This document shows positions 13,890-28,800 of a DNA stretch of 64,000 nt, piece after piece (the first letter of the stretch is position 1; each line of letters starts with the position of its first letter). The stretch is taken from assembly GCA_964016885.1 (NCBI GenBank), contig OZ024742.1:342612001-342676000 (forward strand). Direction: 5' to 3'. A model generated the notes under the pieces. It was not told the DNA's origin. It did no database searches and saw only the letters and a list, made by a program, of their open reading frames with translations. The stretch is from Eledone cirrhosa. Its lineage: Eukaryota. Both the position numbers and the translations under genes were made by a program.

Positions 13890-16800
13890 GGTATGAAGTA
13901 TGTGATCTACAGTGGTATGAAGTATGTGATCTCCAGTGGTATGAAGTATATGATCTCCAGTGGTATGAAGTATGTGATCTCCAGTGGTATGAAGTATGTG
14001 ATCTCCAGTGGTATGAAATATGTGATCTACAGTGGTATGAAGTATGTGATCTCCAGTGGTATGAAGTATGTGATCTCCAGTGGTATGAAATATGTGATCT
14101 CCAGTGGTATGAAGTATGTGATCTCCAGTGGTATGAAGTATGTCATATCCTGTGGTATGAAGTATGTGATCTCCAGTGGTATGGAGTATGTCAGCTCCAG
14201 TGGTATGAAGTATGTGATCTCCAGTGGTATGAAGTATGTGATCTCCAGTGGTATGAAATATGTGATCTACAGTGGTATGAAGTATGTTAGCTCCAGTGGT
14301 ATGAAGTATGTGATCTACAGTGGTATGAAGTATGTGATCTCCTGTGGTATGAAGTATGTGATCTACAGTGGTATGAAGTATGTGATCTCCAGTGGTATGA
14401 AGTATGTGAGCTACAGTGGTATGAAGTATGTGATCTACAGTGGTATGGAGTATGTCAGCTCCAGTGGTATGAAGTATGTGATCTCCAGTGGTATGAAGTA
14501 TGTGATCTCCAGTGGTATGAAATATGTGATCTACAGTGGTATGAAGTATGTTAGCTCCAGTGGTATGAAGTATGTGATCTACAGTGGTATGAAGTATGTG
14601 ATCTCCTGTGGTATGAAGTATGTGATCTACAGTGGTATGAAGTATGTGATCTCCAGTGGTATGAAGTATGTGAGCTACAGTGGTATGAAGTATGTGATCT
14701 ACAGTGGTATGAAGTATGTGATCTCCAGTGGTATGAAGTATGTTAGCTCCAGTCGTATGAAGTGTGTGATCTACATTGGTATGAAGTATGTGATCTACAG
14801 TGGTATGAAGTATGTGATCTACAGTGGTATGAAGTATGTGATATCCTGTGGTATGAAGTATGTGATCTCCAGTGGTATGAAGTATATGATCTACAGTGGT
14901 ATGAAGTATGTGATCTACAGTGGTATGAAGTATGTGATTTACAGTGGTATGAAGTATGTGATCTACAGTGGTATGAAGTATGTGATCTCCTGTGGTATGA
15001 AGTATGTGATCTACAGTGGTATGAAGTATATGATCTACAGTGGTATGAAGTATGTGATCTACAGTGGTATGAAGTATGTGATTTACAGTGGTATGAAGTA
15101 TGTGATCTACAGTGGTATGAAGTATGTGATCTCCTGTGGTATGAAGTATGTGATCTACAGTGGTATGAAGTATGTGATCTCCAGTGGTATGAAGTATGTG
15201 ATCTACAGTGGTATGAAGTATGTGATATCCTGTGGTATGAAGTATGTGATCTCCAGTGGTATGAAGTATGTCAGCTCCAGTGGTATGAAGTATGTGATCT
15301 CCTGTGGTATGAAGTATGTGATCTACAGTGGTATGAATTATGTGATCTCCAGTGGTATGAAGTATGTGATCTCCAGTGGTATGAAGTATGTCAGCTCTAG
15401 TGGTATGAAGTATGTGATCTCCAGTTGTATGAAGTATGTGATCTACAGTGGTATGAAGTATGTGATCTCCTGTGGTATGAAGTATGTGATCTACAGTGGT
15501 ATGACGTATGTTAGCTTCTGTGGTATAAAGTATGTGATCTCCAGTGGTATGAAGTATGTGATCTCCAGTGGTATGAAGTATGTGATCTACAGTGGTATGA
15601 AGTATGTGATCTCCTGTGGTATGAAGTATGTGATCTACAGTGGTATGAAGTATGTGATCTCCAGTGGTATGAAGTATGTGATCTACAGTGGTATGAAGTA
15701 TGTGATCTACAGTGGTATGAAGTATGTGATATCCTGTGGTATGAAGTATGTGATCTACAGTGGTATGAAGTATGTGATCTACAGTGGTATGAAGTATGTG
15801 ATCTACAGTGGTATGAAGTATGTGATCTCCAGTGGTATGAAGTATGTAATCTACAGTGGTATGAAGTATGTGATCCCCAGTGGTATGAAGTATGTGATCT
15901 CCTGTGGTATGAAATATGTCAGCTCCAGTGGTATGAAGTATGTGATCTCCAGTGGTATGAAGTATGTGATCTCCAGTGGTATGAAATATGTGATCTACAG
16001 TAGTATGAAGTATGTGATCTCCAGTGGTATGAAGTGTGTGATCTCCAGTGGTATGAAGTATGTGATCTCCAGTGGTATGAGGTATGTCAGCTCCAGTGGT
16101 ATGAAGTATGTGATCTCCAGTGGTATGAAATATGTGATCTACAGTGGTATGAAGTATGTTAGCTCCAGTGGTATGAAGTATGTGATCTACAGTGGTATGA
16201 AGTATATCAGCTCCAGTGGTATGAAGTATGTGATCTCCAGTGGTATGAAGTATGTGATCTACAGTGGTATGAAGTATGTGATCTACAGTGGTATGAAGTA
16301 TGTGATCTACAGTGGTATGAAGTATGTGATCTACAGTGGTATGAAGTATGTCATCTACAGTGGTATGAAGTATGTGATCTACAGTGGTATGAAGTATGTG
16401 ATATCCTGTGGTATGAAGTATGTGATCTCCAGTGGTATGAAGTATGTCAGCTCCAGTGGTATGAAGTATGTGATCTCCAGTTGTATGAAGTATGTGATCT
16501 ACAGTGGTATGAAGTATATGATCTCCTGTGGTATGAAGTTTGTGATCTACAGTGGTATGAAGTATGTTAGCTCCTGTGGTATGAAGTATGTGATCTCCAG
16601 TAGTATGAAGTATGTGATCTCCAGTGGTATGAAGTATGTGATCTACAGTGGTATGAAGTCTGTGATCTCCTGTGGTATGAAGTATGTGATCTACAGTGCT
16701 ATGAAGTATGTGATATCCTGTGGTATGAAGTATGTGATATCCTGTGGTATGAAGTATGTGATCTCCAGTGGTATGAAGTATGTGATATCCTGTGGTATTA

Positions 16801-19800
16801 AGTATGTGATCTCCAGTGGTATGAAGTATGTGATCTCCAGTGGTATGAAGTATATGATCTCCAGTGGTATAAAGTATGTGATCTACAGTGGTATGAAGTA
16901 TGTGATCTCCAGTAGTATGAAGTATGTCAGCTCCAGTGGTATGAAGTATGTGATCTCCAGTGGTATGAAGTATGTGATCTACAGTGGTATGAAGTATGTG
17001 ATCTACAGTGGTATGAAGTATGTGATATCCTGTGGTATGAAGTATGTGATATCCTGTGGTATGATGTGTGTGATCTCCAGTGGTATGAAGTATGTGATCT
17101 CCAGTGGTATGAAGTATGTGATCTCCAGTGGTATGAAGTATGTGATATCCTGTGGTATGAAGTATGTGATCTCCAGTGGTATGAAGTATGTGATCTCCAG
17201 TGGTATGAAGTGTATGATCTCCAGTGGTATGAAGTATGTGATCTACAGTGGTATGAAGTATGTGATCTCCAGTAGTATGAAGTATGTCAGCTCAAGTGGT
17301 ATGAAGTATGTGATCTCCAGTGGTATGAAGTATGTGATCTCCAGTGGTATGAAGTATGTGATCTCCAGTGGTATGAAGTATGTGATCTCCAGTGGTATGA
17401 AGTATGTCAACTCCAGTGGTATGAAGTATGTCAGCTCCAGTGGTATGAAGTATGTGATCTCCAGTGGTATGAAGTATGTGATCTCCAGTGGTATGAAGTA
17501 TGTCAGCTCCAGTGGTATGAAGTATGTGATATCCTGTGGTATGAAGTATGTGATCTCCAGTGGTATGAAGTATATGATCTCCAGTGGTATGAAGTATGTG
17601 ATCTCCAGTGGTATGAAGTATGTGATCTCCAGTGGTATGAAATATGTGATCTACAGTGGTATGAAGTATGTGATCTCCAGTGGTATGAAGTATGTGATCT
17701 CCAGTGGTATGAAATATGTGATCTCCAGTGGTATGAAGTATGTGATCTCCAGTGGTATGAAGTATGTCATATCCTGTGGTATGAAGTATGTGATCTCCAG
17801 TGGTATGGAGTATGTCAGCTCCAGTGGTATGAAGTATGTGATCTCCAGTGGTATGAAGTATGTGATCTCCAGTGGTATGAAATATGTGATCTACAGTGGT
17901 ATGAAGTATGTTAGCTCCAATGGTATGAAGTATGTGATCTACAGTGGTATGAAGTATGTGATCTCCTGTGGTATGAAGTATGTGATCTACAGTGGTATGA
18001 AGTATGTGATCTCCAGTGGTATGAAGTATGTGAGCTACAGTGGTATGAAGTATGTGATCTACAGTGGTATGGAGTATGTCAGCTCCAGTGGTATGAAGTA
18101 TGTGATCTCCAGTGGTATGAAGTATGTGATCTCCAGTGGTATGAAATATGTGATCTACAGTGGTATGAAGTATGTTAGCTCCAGTGGTATGAAGTATGTG
18201 ATCTACAGTGGTATGAAGTATGTGATCTCCTGTGGTATGAAGTATGTGATCTACAGTGGTATGAAGTATGTGATCTCCAGTGGTATGAAGTATGTGAGCT
18301 ACAGTGGTATGAAGTATGTGATCTACAGTGGTATGAAGTATGTGATCTCCAGTGGTATGAAGTATGTTAGCTCCAGTCGTATGAAGTGTGTGATCTACAT
18401 TGGTATGAAGTATGTGATCTACAGTGGTATGAAGTATGTGATCTACAGTGGTATGAAGTATGTGATATCCTGTGGTATGAAGTATGTGATCTCCAGTGGT
18501 ATGAAGTATATGATCTACAGTGGTATGAAGTATGTGATCTACAGTGGTATGAAGTATGTGATTTACAGTGGTATGAAGTATGTGATCTACAGTGGTATGA
18601 AGTATGTGATCTCCTGTGGTATGAAGTATGTGATCTACAGTGGTATGAAGTATATGATCTACAGTGGTATGAAGTATGTGATCTACAGTGGTATGAAGTA
18701 TGTGATTTACAGTGGTATGAAGTATGTGATCTACAGTGGTATGAAGTATGTGATCTCCTGTGGTATGAAGTATGTGATCTACAGTGGTATGAAGTATGTG
18801 ATCTCCAGTGGTATGAAGTATGTGATCTACAGTGGTATGAAGTATGTGATATCCTGTGGTATGAAGTATGTGATCTCCAGAGGTATGAAGTATGTCAGCT
18901 CCAGTGGTATGAAGTATGTGATCTCCTGTGGTATGAAGTATGTGATCTACAGTGGTATGAATTATGTGATTTCCAGTGGTATGAAGTATGTGATCTCCAG
19001 TGGTATGAAGTATGTCAGCTCTAGTGGTATGAAGTATGTGATCTCCAGTTGTATGAAGTATGTGATCTACAGTGGTATGAAGTATGTGATCTCCTGTGGT
19101 ATGAAGTATGTGATCTACAGTGGTATGAAGTATGTTAGCTTCTGTGGTATAAAGTATGTGTTCTCCAGTGGTATGAAGTATGTGATCTCCAGTGGTATGA
19201 AGTATGTGATCTACAGTGGTATGAAGTATGTGAACTCCTGTGGTATGAAGTATGTGATCTACAGTGGTATGAAGTATGTGATCTCCAGTGGTATGAAGTA
19301 TGTGATCTACAGTGGTATGAAGTATGTGATCTACAGTGGTATGAAGTATGTGATATCCTGTGGTATGAAGTATGTGATCTACAGTGGTATGAAGTATGTG
19401 ATCTACAGTGGTATGAAGTATGTGATCTACAGTGGTATGAAGTATGTGATCTCCAGTGGTATGAAGTATGTAATCTACAGTGGTATGAAGTATGTGATCC
19501 CCAGTGGTATGAAGTATGTGATCTCCTGTGGTATGAAATATGTCAGCTCCAGTGGTATGAAGTATGTGATCTCCAGTGGTATGAAGTATGTGATCTCCAG
19601 TGGTATGAAATATGTGATCTACAGTGGTATGAAGTATGTGATCTCCAGTGGTATGAAGTATGTGATCTCCAGTGGTATGAAGTATGTGATCTCCAGTGGT
19701 ATGAAGTATGTCAGCTCCAGTGGTATGAAGTATGTGATCTCCAGTGGTATGAAATATGTGATCTACAGTGGTATGAAGTATGTTAGCTCCAGTGGTATGA

Positions 19801-22800
19801 AGTATGTGATCTACAGTGGTATGAATTATGTCAGCTCCAGTGGTATGAAGTATGTGATCTCCAGTGGTATGAAGTATGTGATCTACAGTGGTATGAAGTA
19901 TGTGATCTACAGTGGTATGAAGTATGTGATCTACAGTGGTATGAAGTATGTGATCTACAGTGGTATGAAGTATGTCATCTACAGTGGTATGAAGTATGTG
20001 ATCTACAGTGGTATGAAGTATGTCAGCTCCAGTGGTATGAAGTATGTGATCTACAGTGGTATGAAGTATGTAATCTACAGTGGTATGAAGTATGTGATCT
20101 CCAGTGGTATGAAGTATGTGATCTCCTGTGGTATGAAATATGTGATCTACAGTGGTATGAAGTATGTGATCTCCAGTGGTATGAAGTATGTGATCTCCAG
20201 TGGTATGAAATATGTGATCTCCAGTGGTATGAAGTATGTGATCTCCAGTGGTATGAAGTATGTGACCTCCAGTGGTATGAAATATGTGATCTACAGTGGT
20301 ATGAAGTATGTGATCTCCAGTGGTATGAAGTATGTGATCTCCAGTGGTATGAAATATGTGATCTCCAGTGGTATGAAGTATGTGATCTCCAGTGGTATGA
20401 AGTATGTCATATCCTGTGGTATGAAGTATGTGATCTCCAGTGGTATGAAGTATGTCAGCTCCAGTGGTATGAAGTATGTGATCTCCAGTGGTATGAAGTA
20501 TGTGATCTCCAGTGGTAGGAAATATGTGATCTACAGTGGTATGAAGTATGTTAGCTCCAGTGGTATGAGGTATGTGATCTACAGTGGTATGAAGTATGTG
20601 ATCTCCTGTGGTATGAAGTATGTGATCTACAGTGGTATGAAGTATGTGATCTCCAGTGGTATGAAGTATGTGATCTACAGTGGTATGAAGTATGTGATCT
20701 ACAGTGGTATGAAGTATGGGATCTCCAGTGGTATGAAGTATGTTAGCTCCAGTGGTATGAAGTGTGTGATCTCCAGTGGTATGAAGTATGTGATCTACAG
20801 TGGTATGAAGTATGTGATCTACAGTGGTATGAAGTATGTGATATCCTGTGGTATGAAGTATGTGATCTCCAGTGGTATGAAGTATGTCAGCTCCAGTGGT
20901 ATGAAGTATGTGATCTCCTGTGGTATGAAGTATGTGATCTACAGTGGTATGAATTATGTGATCTCCAGTGGTATGAAGTATGTGATCTCCAGTGGTATGA
21001 AGTATGTCAGGTCTAGTGGTATGAAGTATGTGATCTCCAGTTGTATGAAGTATGTGATCTACAGTGGTATGAAGTATGTGATCTCCTGTGGTATGAAGTA
21101 TGTGATCTACAGTGGTATGAAGTATGTTAGCTTCTGTGGTATAAAGTATGTGATCTCCAGTGGTATGAAGTATGTGATCTCCAGTGGTATGAAGTATGTG
21201 ATCTACAGTGGTATGAAGTATGTGATCTCCTGTGGTATGAAGTATGTGATCTACAGTGGTATGAAGTATGTGATCTCCAGTGGTATGAAGTATGTGATCT
21301 ACAGTGGTATGAAGTATGTGATCTACAGTGGTATGAAGTATGTGATATCCTGTGGTATGAAGTATGTGATCTACAGTGGTATGAAGTATGTGATCTACAG
21401 TGGTATGAAGTATGTGATCTACAGTGGTATGAAGTATGTGATCTCCAGTGGTATGAAGTATGTAATCTACAGTGGTATGAAGTATGTGATCCCCAGTGGT
21501 ATGAAGTATGTGATCTCCTGTGGTATGAAATATGTCAGCTCCAGTGGTATGAAGTATGTGATCTCCAGTGGTATGAAGTATGTGATCTCCAGTGGTATGA
21601 AATATGTGATCTACAGTGGTATGAAGTATGTGATCTCCAGTGGTATGAAGTATGTGATCTCCAGTGGTATGAAGTATGTGATCTCCAGTGGTATGAAGTA
21701 TGTCAGCTCCAGTGGTATGAAGTATGTGATCTCCAGTGGTATGAAATATGTGATCTACAGTGGTATGAAGTATGTTAGCTCCAGTGGTATGAAGTATGTG
21801 ATCTACAGTGGTATGAAGTATGTCAGCTCCAGTGGTATGAAGTATGTGATCTCCAGTGGTATGAAGTATGTGATCTACAGTGGTATGAAGTATGTGATCT
21901 ACAGTGGTATGAAGTATGTGATCTACAGTGGTATGAAGTATGTGATCTACAGTGGTATGAAGTATGTCATCTACAGTGGTATGAAGTATGTGATCTACAG
22001 TGGTATGAAGTATGTCAGCTCCAGTGGTATGAAGTATGTGATCTACAGTGGTATGAAGTATGTAATCTACAGTGGTATGAAGTATGTGATCTCCAGTGGT
22101 ATGAAGTATGTGATCTCCTGTGGTATGAAATATGTGATCTACAGTGGTATGAAGTATGTGATCTCCAGTGGTATGAAGTATGTGATCTCCAGTGGTATGA
22201 AATATGTGATCTCCAGTGGTATGAAGTATGTGATCTCCAGTGGTATGAAGTATGTGACCTCCAGTGGTATGAAATATGTGATCTACAGTGGTATGAAGTA
22301 TGTGATCTCCAGTGGTATGAAGTATGTGATCTCCAGTGGTATGAAATATGTGATCTCCAGTGGTATGAAGTATGTGATCTCCAGTGGTATGAAGTATGTC
22401 ATATCCTGTGGTATGAAGTATGTGATATCCAGTGGTATGAAGTATGTCAGCTCCAGTGGTATGAAGTATGTGATCTCCAGTGGTATGAAGTATGTGATCT
22501 CCAGTGGTAGGAAATATGTGATCTACAGTGGTATGAAGTATGTTAGCTCCAGTGGTATGAGGTATGTGATCTACAGTGGTATGAAGTATGTGATCTCCTG
22601 TGGTATGAAGTATGTGATCTACAGTGGTATGAAGTATGTGATCTCCAGTGGTATGAAGTATGTGATCTACAGTGGTATGAAGTATGTGATCTACAGTGGT
22701 ATGAAGTATGGGATCTCCAGTGGTATGAAGTATGTTAGCTCCAGTGGTATGAAGTGTGTGATCTCCAGTGGTATGAAGTATGTGATCTACAGTGGTATGA

Positions 22801-25800
22801 AGTATGTGATCTACAGTGGTATGAAGTATGTGATATCCTGTGGTATGAAGTATGTGATCTCCAGTGGTATGAAGTATGTCAGCTCCAGTGGTATGAAGTA
22901 TGTGATCTCCTGTGGTATGAAGTATGTGATCTACAGTGGTATGAATTATGTGATCTCCAGTGGTATGAAGTATGTGATCTCCAGTGGTATGAAGTATGTC
23001 AGCTCTAGTGGTATGAAGTATGTGATCTCCAGTTGTATGAAGTATGTGATCTACAGTGGTATGAAGTATGTGATCTCCTGTGGTATGAAATATGTGATCT
23101 ACAGTGGTATGAAGTATGTTAGCTTCTGTGGTATAAAGTATGTGATCTCCAGTGGTATGAAGTATGTGATCTCCAGTGGTATGAAGTATGTGATCTACAG
23201 TGGTATGAAGTATGTGATCTCCTGTGGTATGAAGTATGTGATCTACAGTGGTATGAAGTATGTGATCTCCAGTGGTATGAAGTATATGATCTCCAGTGGT
23301 ATGAAGTATGTGATCTCCAGTGGTATGAAGTATGTGATCTCCAGTGGTATGAAATATGTGATCTACAGTGGTATGAAGTATGTGATCTCCAGTGGTATGA
23401 AGTATGTGATCTCCAGTGGTATGAAATATGTGATCTCCAGTGGTATGAAGTATGTGATCTCCAGTGGTATGAAGTATGTCATATCCTGTGGTATGAAGTA
23501 TGTGATCTCCAGTGGTATGGAGTATGTCAGCTCCAGTGGTATGAAGTATGTGATCTCCAGTGGTATGAAGTATGTGATCTCCAGTGGTATGAAATATGTG
23601 ATCTACAGTGGTATGAAGTATGTTAGCTCCAGTGGTATGAAGTATGTGATCTACAGTGGTATGAAGTATGTGATCTCCTGTGGTATGAAGTATGTGATCT
23701 ACAGTGGTATGAAGTATGTGATCTCCAGTGGTATGAAGTATGTGAGCTACAGTGGTATGAAGTATGTGATCTACAGTGGTATGGAGTATGTCAGCTCCAG
23801 TGGTATGAAGTATGTGATCTCCAGTGGTATGAAGTATGTGATCTCCAGTGGTATGAAATATGTGATCTACAGTGGTATGAAGTATGTTAGCTCCAGTGGT
23901 ATGAAGTATGTGATCTACAGTGGTATGAAGTATGTGATCTCCTGTGGTATGAAGTATGTGATCTACAGTGGTATGAAGTATGTGATCTCCAGTGGTATGA
24001 AGTATGTGAGCTACAGTGGTATGAAGTATGTGATCTACAGTGGTATGAAGTATGTGATCTCCAGTGGTATGAAGTATGTTAGCTCCAGTCGTATGAAGTG
24101 TGTGATCTACATTGGTATGAAGTATGTGATCTACAGTGGTATGAAGTATGTGATCTACAGTGGTATGAAGTATGTGATATCCTGTGGTATGAAGTATGTG
24201 ATCTCCAGTGGTATGAAGTATATGATCTACAGTGGTATGAAGTATGTGATCTACAGTGGTATGAAGTATGTGATTTACAGTGGTATGAAGTATGTGATCT
24301 ACAGTGGTATGAAGTATGTGATCTCCTGTGGTATGAAGTATGTGATCTACAGTGGTATGAAGTATATGATCTACAGTGGTATGAAGTATGTGATCTACAG
24401 TGGTATGAAGTATGTGATTTACAGTGGTATGAAGTATGTGATCTACAGTGGTATGAAGTATGTGATCTCCTGTGGTATGAAGTATGTGATCTACAGTGGT
24501 ATGAAGTATGTGATCTCCAGTGGTATGAAGTATGTGATCTACAGTGGTATGAAGTATGTGATATCCTGTGGTATGAAGTATGTGATCTCCAGTGGTATGA
24601 AGTATGTCAGCTCCAGTGGTATGAAGTATGTGATCTCCTGTGGTATGAAGTATGTGATCTACAGTGGTATGAATTATGTGATCTCCAGTGGTATGAAGTA
24701 TGTGATCTCCAGTGGTATGAAGTATGTCAGCTCTAGTGGTATGAAGTATGTGATCTCCAGTTGTATGAAGTATGTGATCTACAGTGGTATGAAGTATGTG
24801 ATCTCCTGTGGTATGAAGTATGTGATCTACAGTGGTATGAAGTATGTTAGCTTCTGTGGTATAAAGTATGTGATCTCCAGTGGTATGAAGTATGTGATCT
24901 CCAGTGGTATGAAGTATGTGATCTACAGTGGTATGAAGTATGTGATCTCCTGTGGTATGAAGTATGTGATCTACAGTGGTATGAAGTATGTGATCTCCAG
25001 TGGTATGAAGTATGTGATCTACAGTGGTATGAAGTATGTGATCTACAGTGGTATGAAGTATGTGATATCCTGTGGTATGAAGTATGTGATCTACAGTGGT
25101 ATGAAGTATGTGATCTACAGTGGTATGAAGTATGTGATCTACAGTGGTATGAAGTATGTGATCTCCAGTGGTATGAAGTATGTAATCTACAGTGGTATGA
25201 AGTATGTGATCCCCAGTGGTATGAAGTATGTGATCTCCTGTGGTATGAAATATGTCAGCTCCAGTGGTATGAAGTATGTGATCTCCAGTGGTATGAAGTA
25301 TGTGATCTCCAGTGGTATGAAATATGTGATCTACAGTAGTATGAAGTATGTGATCTCCAGTGGTATGAAGTATGTGATCTCCAGTGGTATGAAGTATGTG
25401 ATCTCCAGTGGTATGAGGTATGTCAGCTCCAGTGGTATGAAGTATGTGATCTCCAGTGGTATGAAATATGTGATCTACAGTGGTATGAAGTATGTTAGCT
25501 CCAGTGGTATGAAGTATGTGATCTACAGTGGTATGAAGTATATCAGCTCCAGTGGTATGAAGTATGTGATCTCCAGTGGTATGAAGTATGTGATCTACAG
25601 TGGTATGAAGTATGTGATCTACAGTGGTATGAAGTATGTGATCTACAGTGGTATGAAGTATGTGATCTACAGTGGTATGAAGTATGTCATCTACAGTGGT
25701 ATGAAGTATGTGATCTACAGTGGTATGAAGTATGTGATATCCTGTGGTATGAAGTATGTGATCTCCAGTGGTATGAAGTATGTCAGCTCCAGTGGTATGA

Positions 25801-28800
25801 AGTATGTGATCTCCAGTTGTATGAAGTATGTGATCTACAGTGGTATGAAGTATATGATCTCCTGTGGTATGAAGTTTGTGATCTACAGTGGTATGAAGTA
25901 TGTTAGCTCCTGTGGTATGAAGTATGTGATCTCCAGTAGTATGAAGTATGTGATCTCCAGTGGTATGAAGTATGTGATCTACAGTGGTATGAAGTCTGTG
26001 ATCTCCTGTGGTATGAAGTATGTGATCTACAGTGCTATGAAGTATGTGATATCCTGTGGTATGAAGTATGTGATATCCTGTGGTATGAAGTATGTGATCT
26101 CCAGTGGTATGAAGTATGTGATATCCTGTGGTATTAAGTATGTGATCTCCAGTGGTATGAAGTATGTGATCTCCAGTGGTATGAAGTATATGATCTCCAG
26201 TGGTATAAAGTATGTGATCTACAGTGGTATGAAGTATGTGATCTCCAGTAGTATGAAGTATGTCAGCTCCAGTGGTATGAAGTATGTGATCTCCAGTGGT
26301 ATGAAGTATGTGATCTACAGTGGTATGAAGTATGTGATCTACAGTGGTATGAAGTATGTGATATCCTGTGGTATGAAGTATGTGATATCCTGTGGTATGA
26401 TGTGTGTGATCTCCAGTGGTATGAAGTATGTGATCTCCAGTGGTATGAAGTATGTGATCTCCAGTGGTATGAAGTATGTGATATCCTGTGGTATGAAGTA
26501 TGTGATCTCCAGTGGTATGAAGTATGTGATCTCCAGTGGTATGAAGTATATGATCTCCAGTGGTATGAAGTATGTGATCTACAGTGGTATGAAGTATGTG
26601 ATCTCCAGTAGTATGAAGTATGTCAGCTCAAGTGGTATGAAGTATGTGATCTCCAGTGGTATGAAGTATGTGATCTCCAGTGGTATGAAGTATGTGATCT
26701 CCAGTGGTATGAAGTATGTGATCTCCAGTGGTATGAAGTATGTCAACTCCAGTGGTATGAAGTATGTCAGCTCCAGTGGTATGAAGTATGTGATCTCCAG
26801 TGGTATGAAGTATGTGATCTCCAGTGGTATGAAGTATGTCAGCTCCAGTGGTATGAAGTATGTGATATCCTGTGGTATGAAGTATGTGATCTACAGTGGT
26901 ATGAAGTATGTGATCTCCAGTGGTATGAAGTATATGATCTCCAGTGGTATGAAGTATGTGATCTCCAGTGGTATGAAGTATGTGATCTCCAGTGGTATGA
27001 AATATGTGATCTACAGTGGTATGAAGTATGTGATCTCCAGTGGTATGAAGTATGTGATCTCCAGTGGTATGAAATATGTGATCTCCAGTGGTATGAAGTA
27101 TGTGATCTCCAGTGGTATGAAGTATGTCATATCCTGTGGTATGAAGTATGTGATCTCCAGTGGTATGGAGTATGTCAGCTCCAGTGGTATGAAGTATGTG
27201 ATCTCCAGTGGTATGAAGTATGTGATCTCCAGTGGTATGAAATATGTGATCTACAGTGGTATGAAGTATGTTAGCTCCAATGGTATGAAGTATGTGATCT
27301 ACAGTGGTATGAAGTATGTGATCTCCTGTGGTATGAAGTATGTGATCTACAGTGGTATGAAGTATGTGATCTCCAGTGGTATGAAGTATGTGAGCTACAG
27401 TGGTATGAAGTATGTGATCTACAGTGGTATGGAGTATGTCAGCTCCAGTGGTATGAAGTATGTGATCTCCAGTGGTATGAAGTATGTGATCTCCAGTGGT
27501 ATGAAATATGTGATCTACAGTGGTATGAAGTATGTTAGCTCCAGTGGTATGAAGTATGTGATCTACAGTGGTATGAAGTATGTGATCTCCTGTGGTATGA
27601 AGTATGTTATCTACAGTGGTATGAAGTATGTGATCTCCAGTGGTATGAAGTATGTGAGCTACAGTGGTATGAAGTATGTGATCTACAGTGGTATGAAGTA
27701 TGTGATCTCCAGTGGTATGAAGTATGTTAGCTCCAGTCGTATGAAGTGTGTGATCTACATTGGTATGAAGTATGTGATCTACAGTGGTATGAAGTATGTG
27801 ATCTACAGTGGTATGAAGTATGTGATATCCTGTGGTATGAAGTATGTGATCTCCAGTGGTATGAAGTATATGATCTACAGTGGTATGAAGTATGTGATCT
27901 ACAGTGGTATGAAGTATGTGATTTACAGTGGTATGAAGTATGTGATCTACAGTGGTATGAAGTATGTGATCTCCTGTGGTATGAAGTATGTGATCTACAG
28001 TGGTATGAAGTATATGATCTACAGTGGTATGAAGTATGTGATCTACAGTGGTATGAAGTATGTGATTTACAGTGGTATGAAGTATGTGATCTACAGTGGT
28101 ATGAAGTATGTGATCTCCTGTGGTATGAAGTATGTGATCTACAGTGGTATGAAGTATGTGATCTCCAGTGGTATGAAGTATGTGATCTACAGTGGTATGA
28201 AGTATGTGATATCCTGTGGTATGAAGTATGTGATCTCCAGAGGTATGAAGTATGTCAGCTCCAGTGGTATGAAGTATGTGATCTCCTGTGGTATGAAGTA
28301 TGTGATCTACAGTGGTATGAATTATGTGATTTCCAGTGGTATGAAGTATGTGATCTCCAGTGGTATGAAGTATGTCAGCTCTAGTGGTATGAAGTATGTG
28401 ATCTCCAGTTGTATGAAGTATGTGATCTACAGTGGTATGAAGTATGTGATCTCCTGTGGTATGAAGTATGTGATCTACAGTGGTATGAAGTATGTTAGCT
28501 TCTGTGGTATAAAGTATGTGTTCTCCAGTGGTATGAAGTATGTGATCTCCAGTGGTATGAAGTATGTGATCTACAGTGGTATGAAGTATGTGAACTCCTG
28601 TGGTATGAAGTATGTGATCTACAGTGGTATGAAGTATGTGATCTCCAGTGGTATGAAGTATGTGATCTACAGTGGTATGAAGTATGTGATCTACAGTGGT
28701 ATGAAGTATGTGATATCCTGTGGTATGAAGTATGTGATCTACAGTGGTATGAAGTATGTGATCTACAGTGGTATGAAGTATGTGATCTACAGTGGTATGA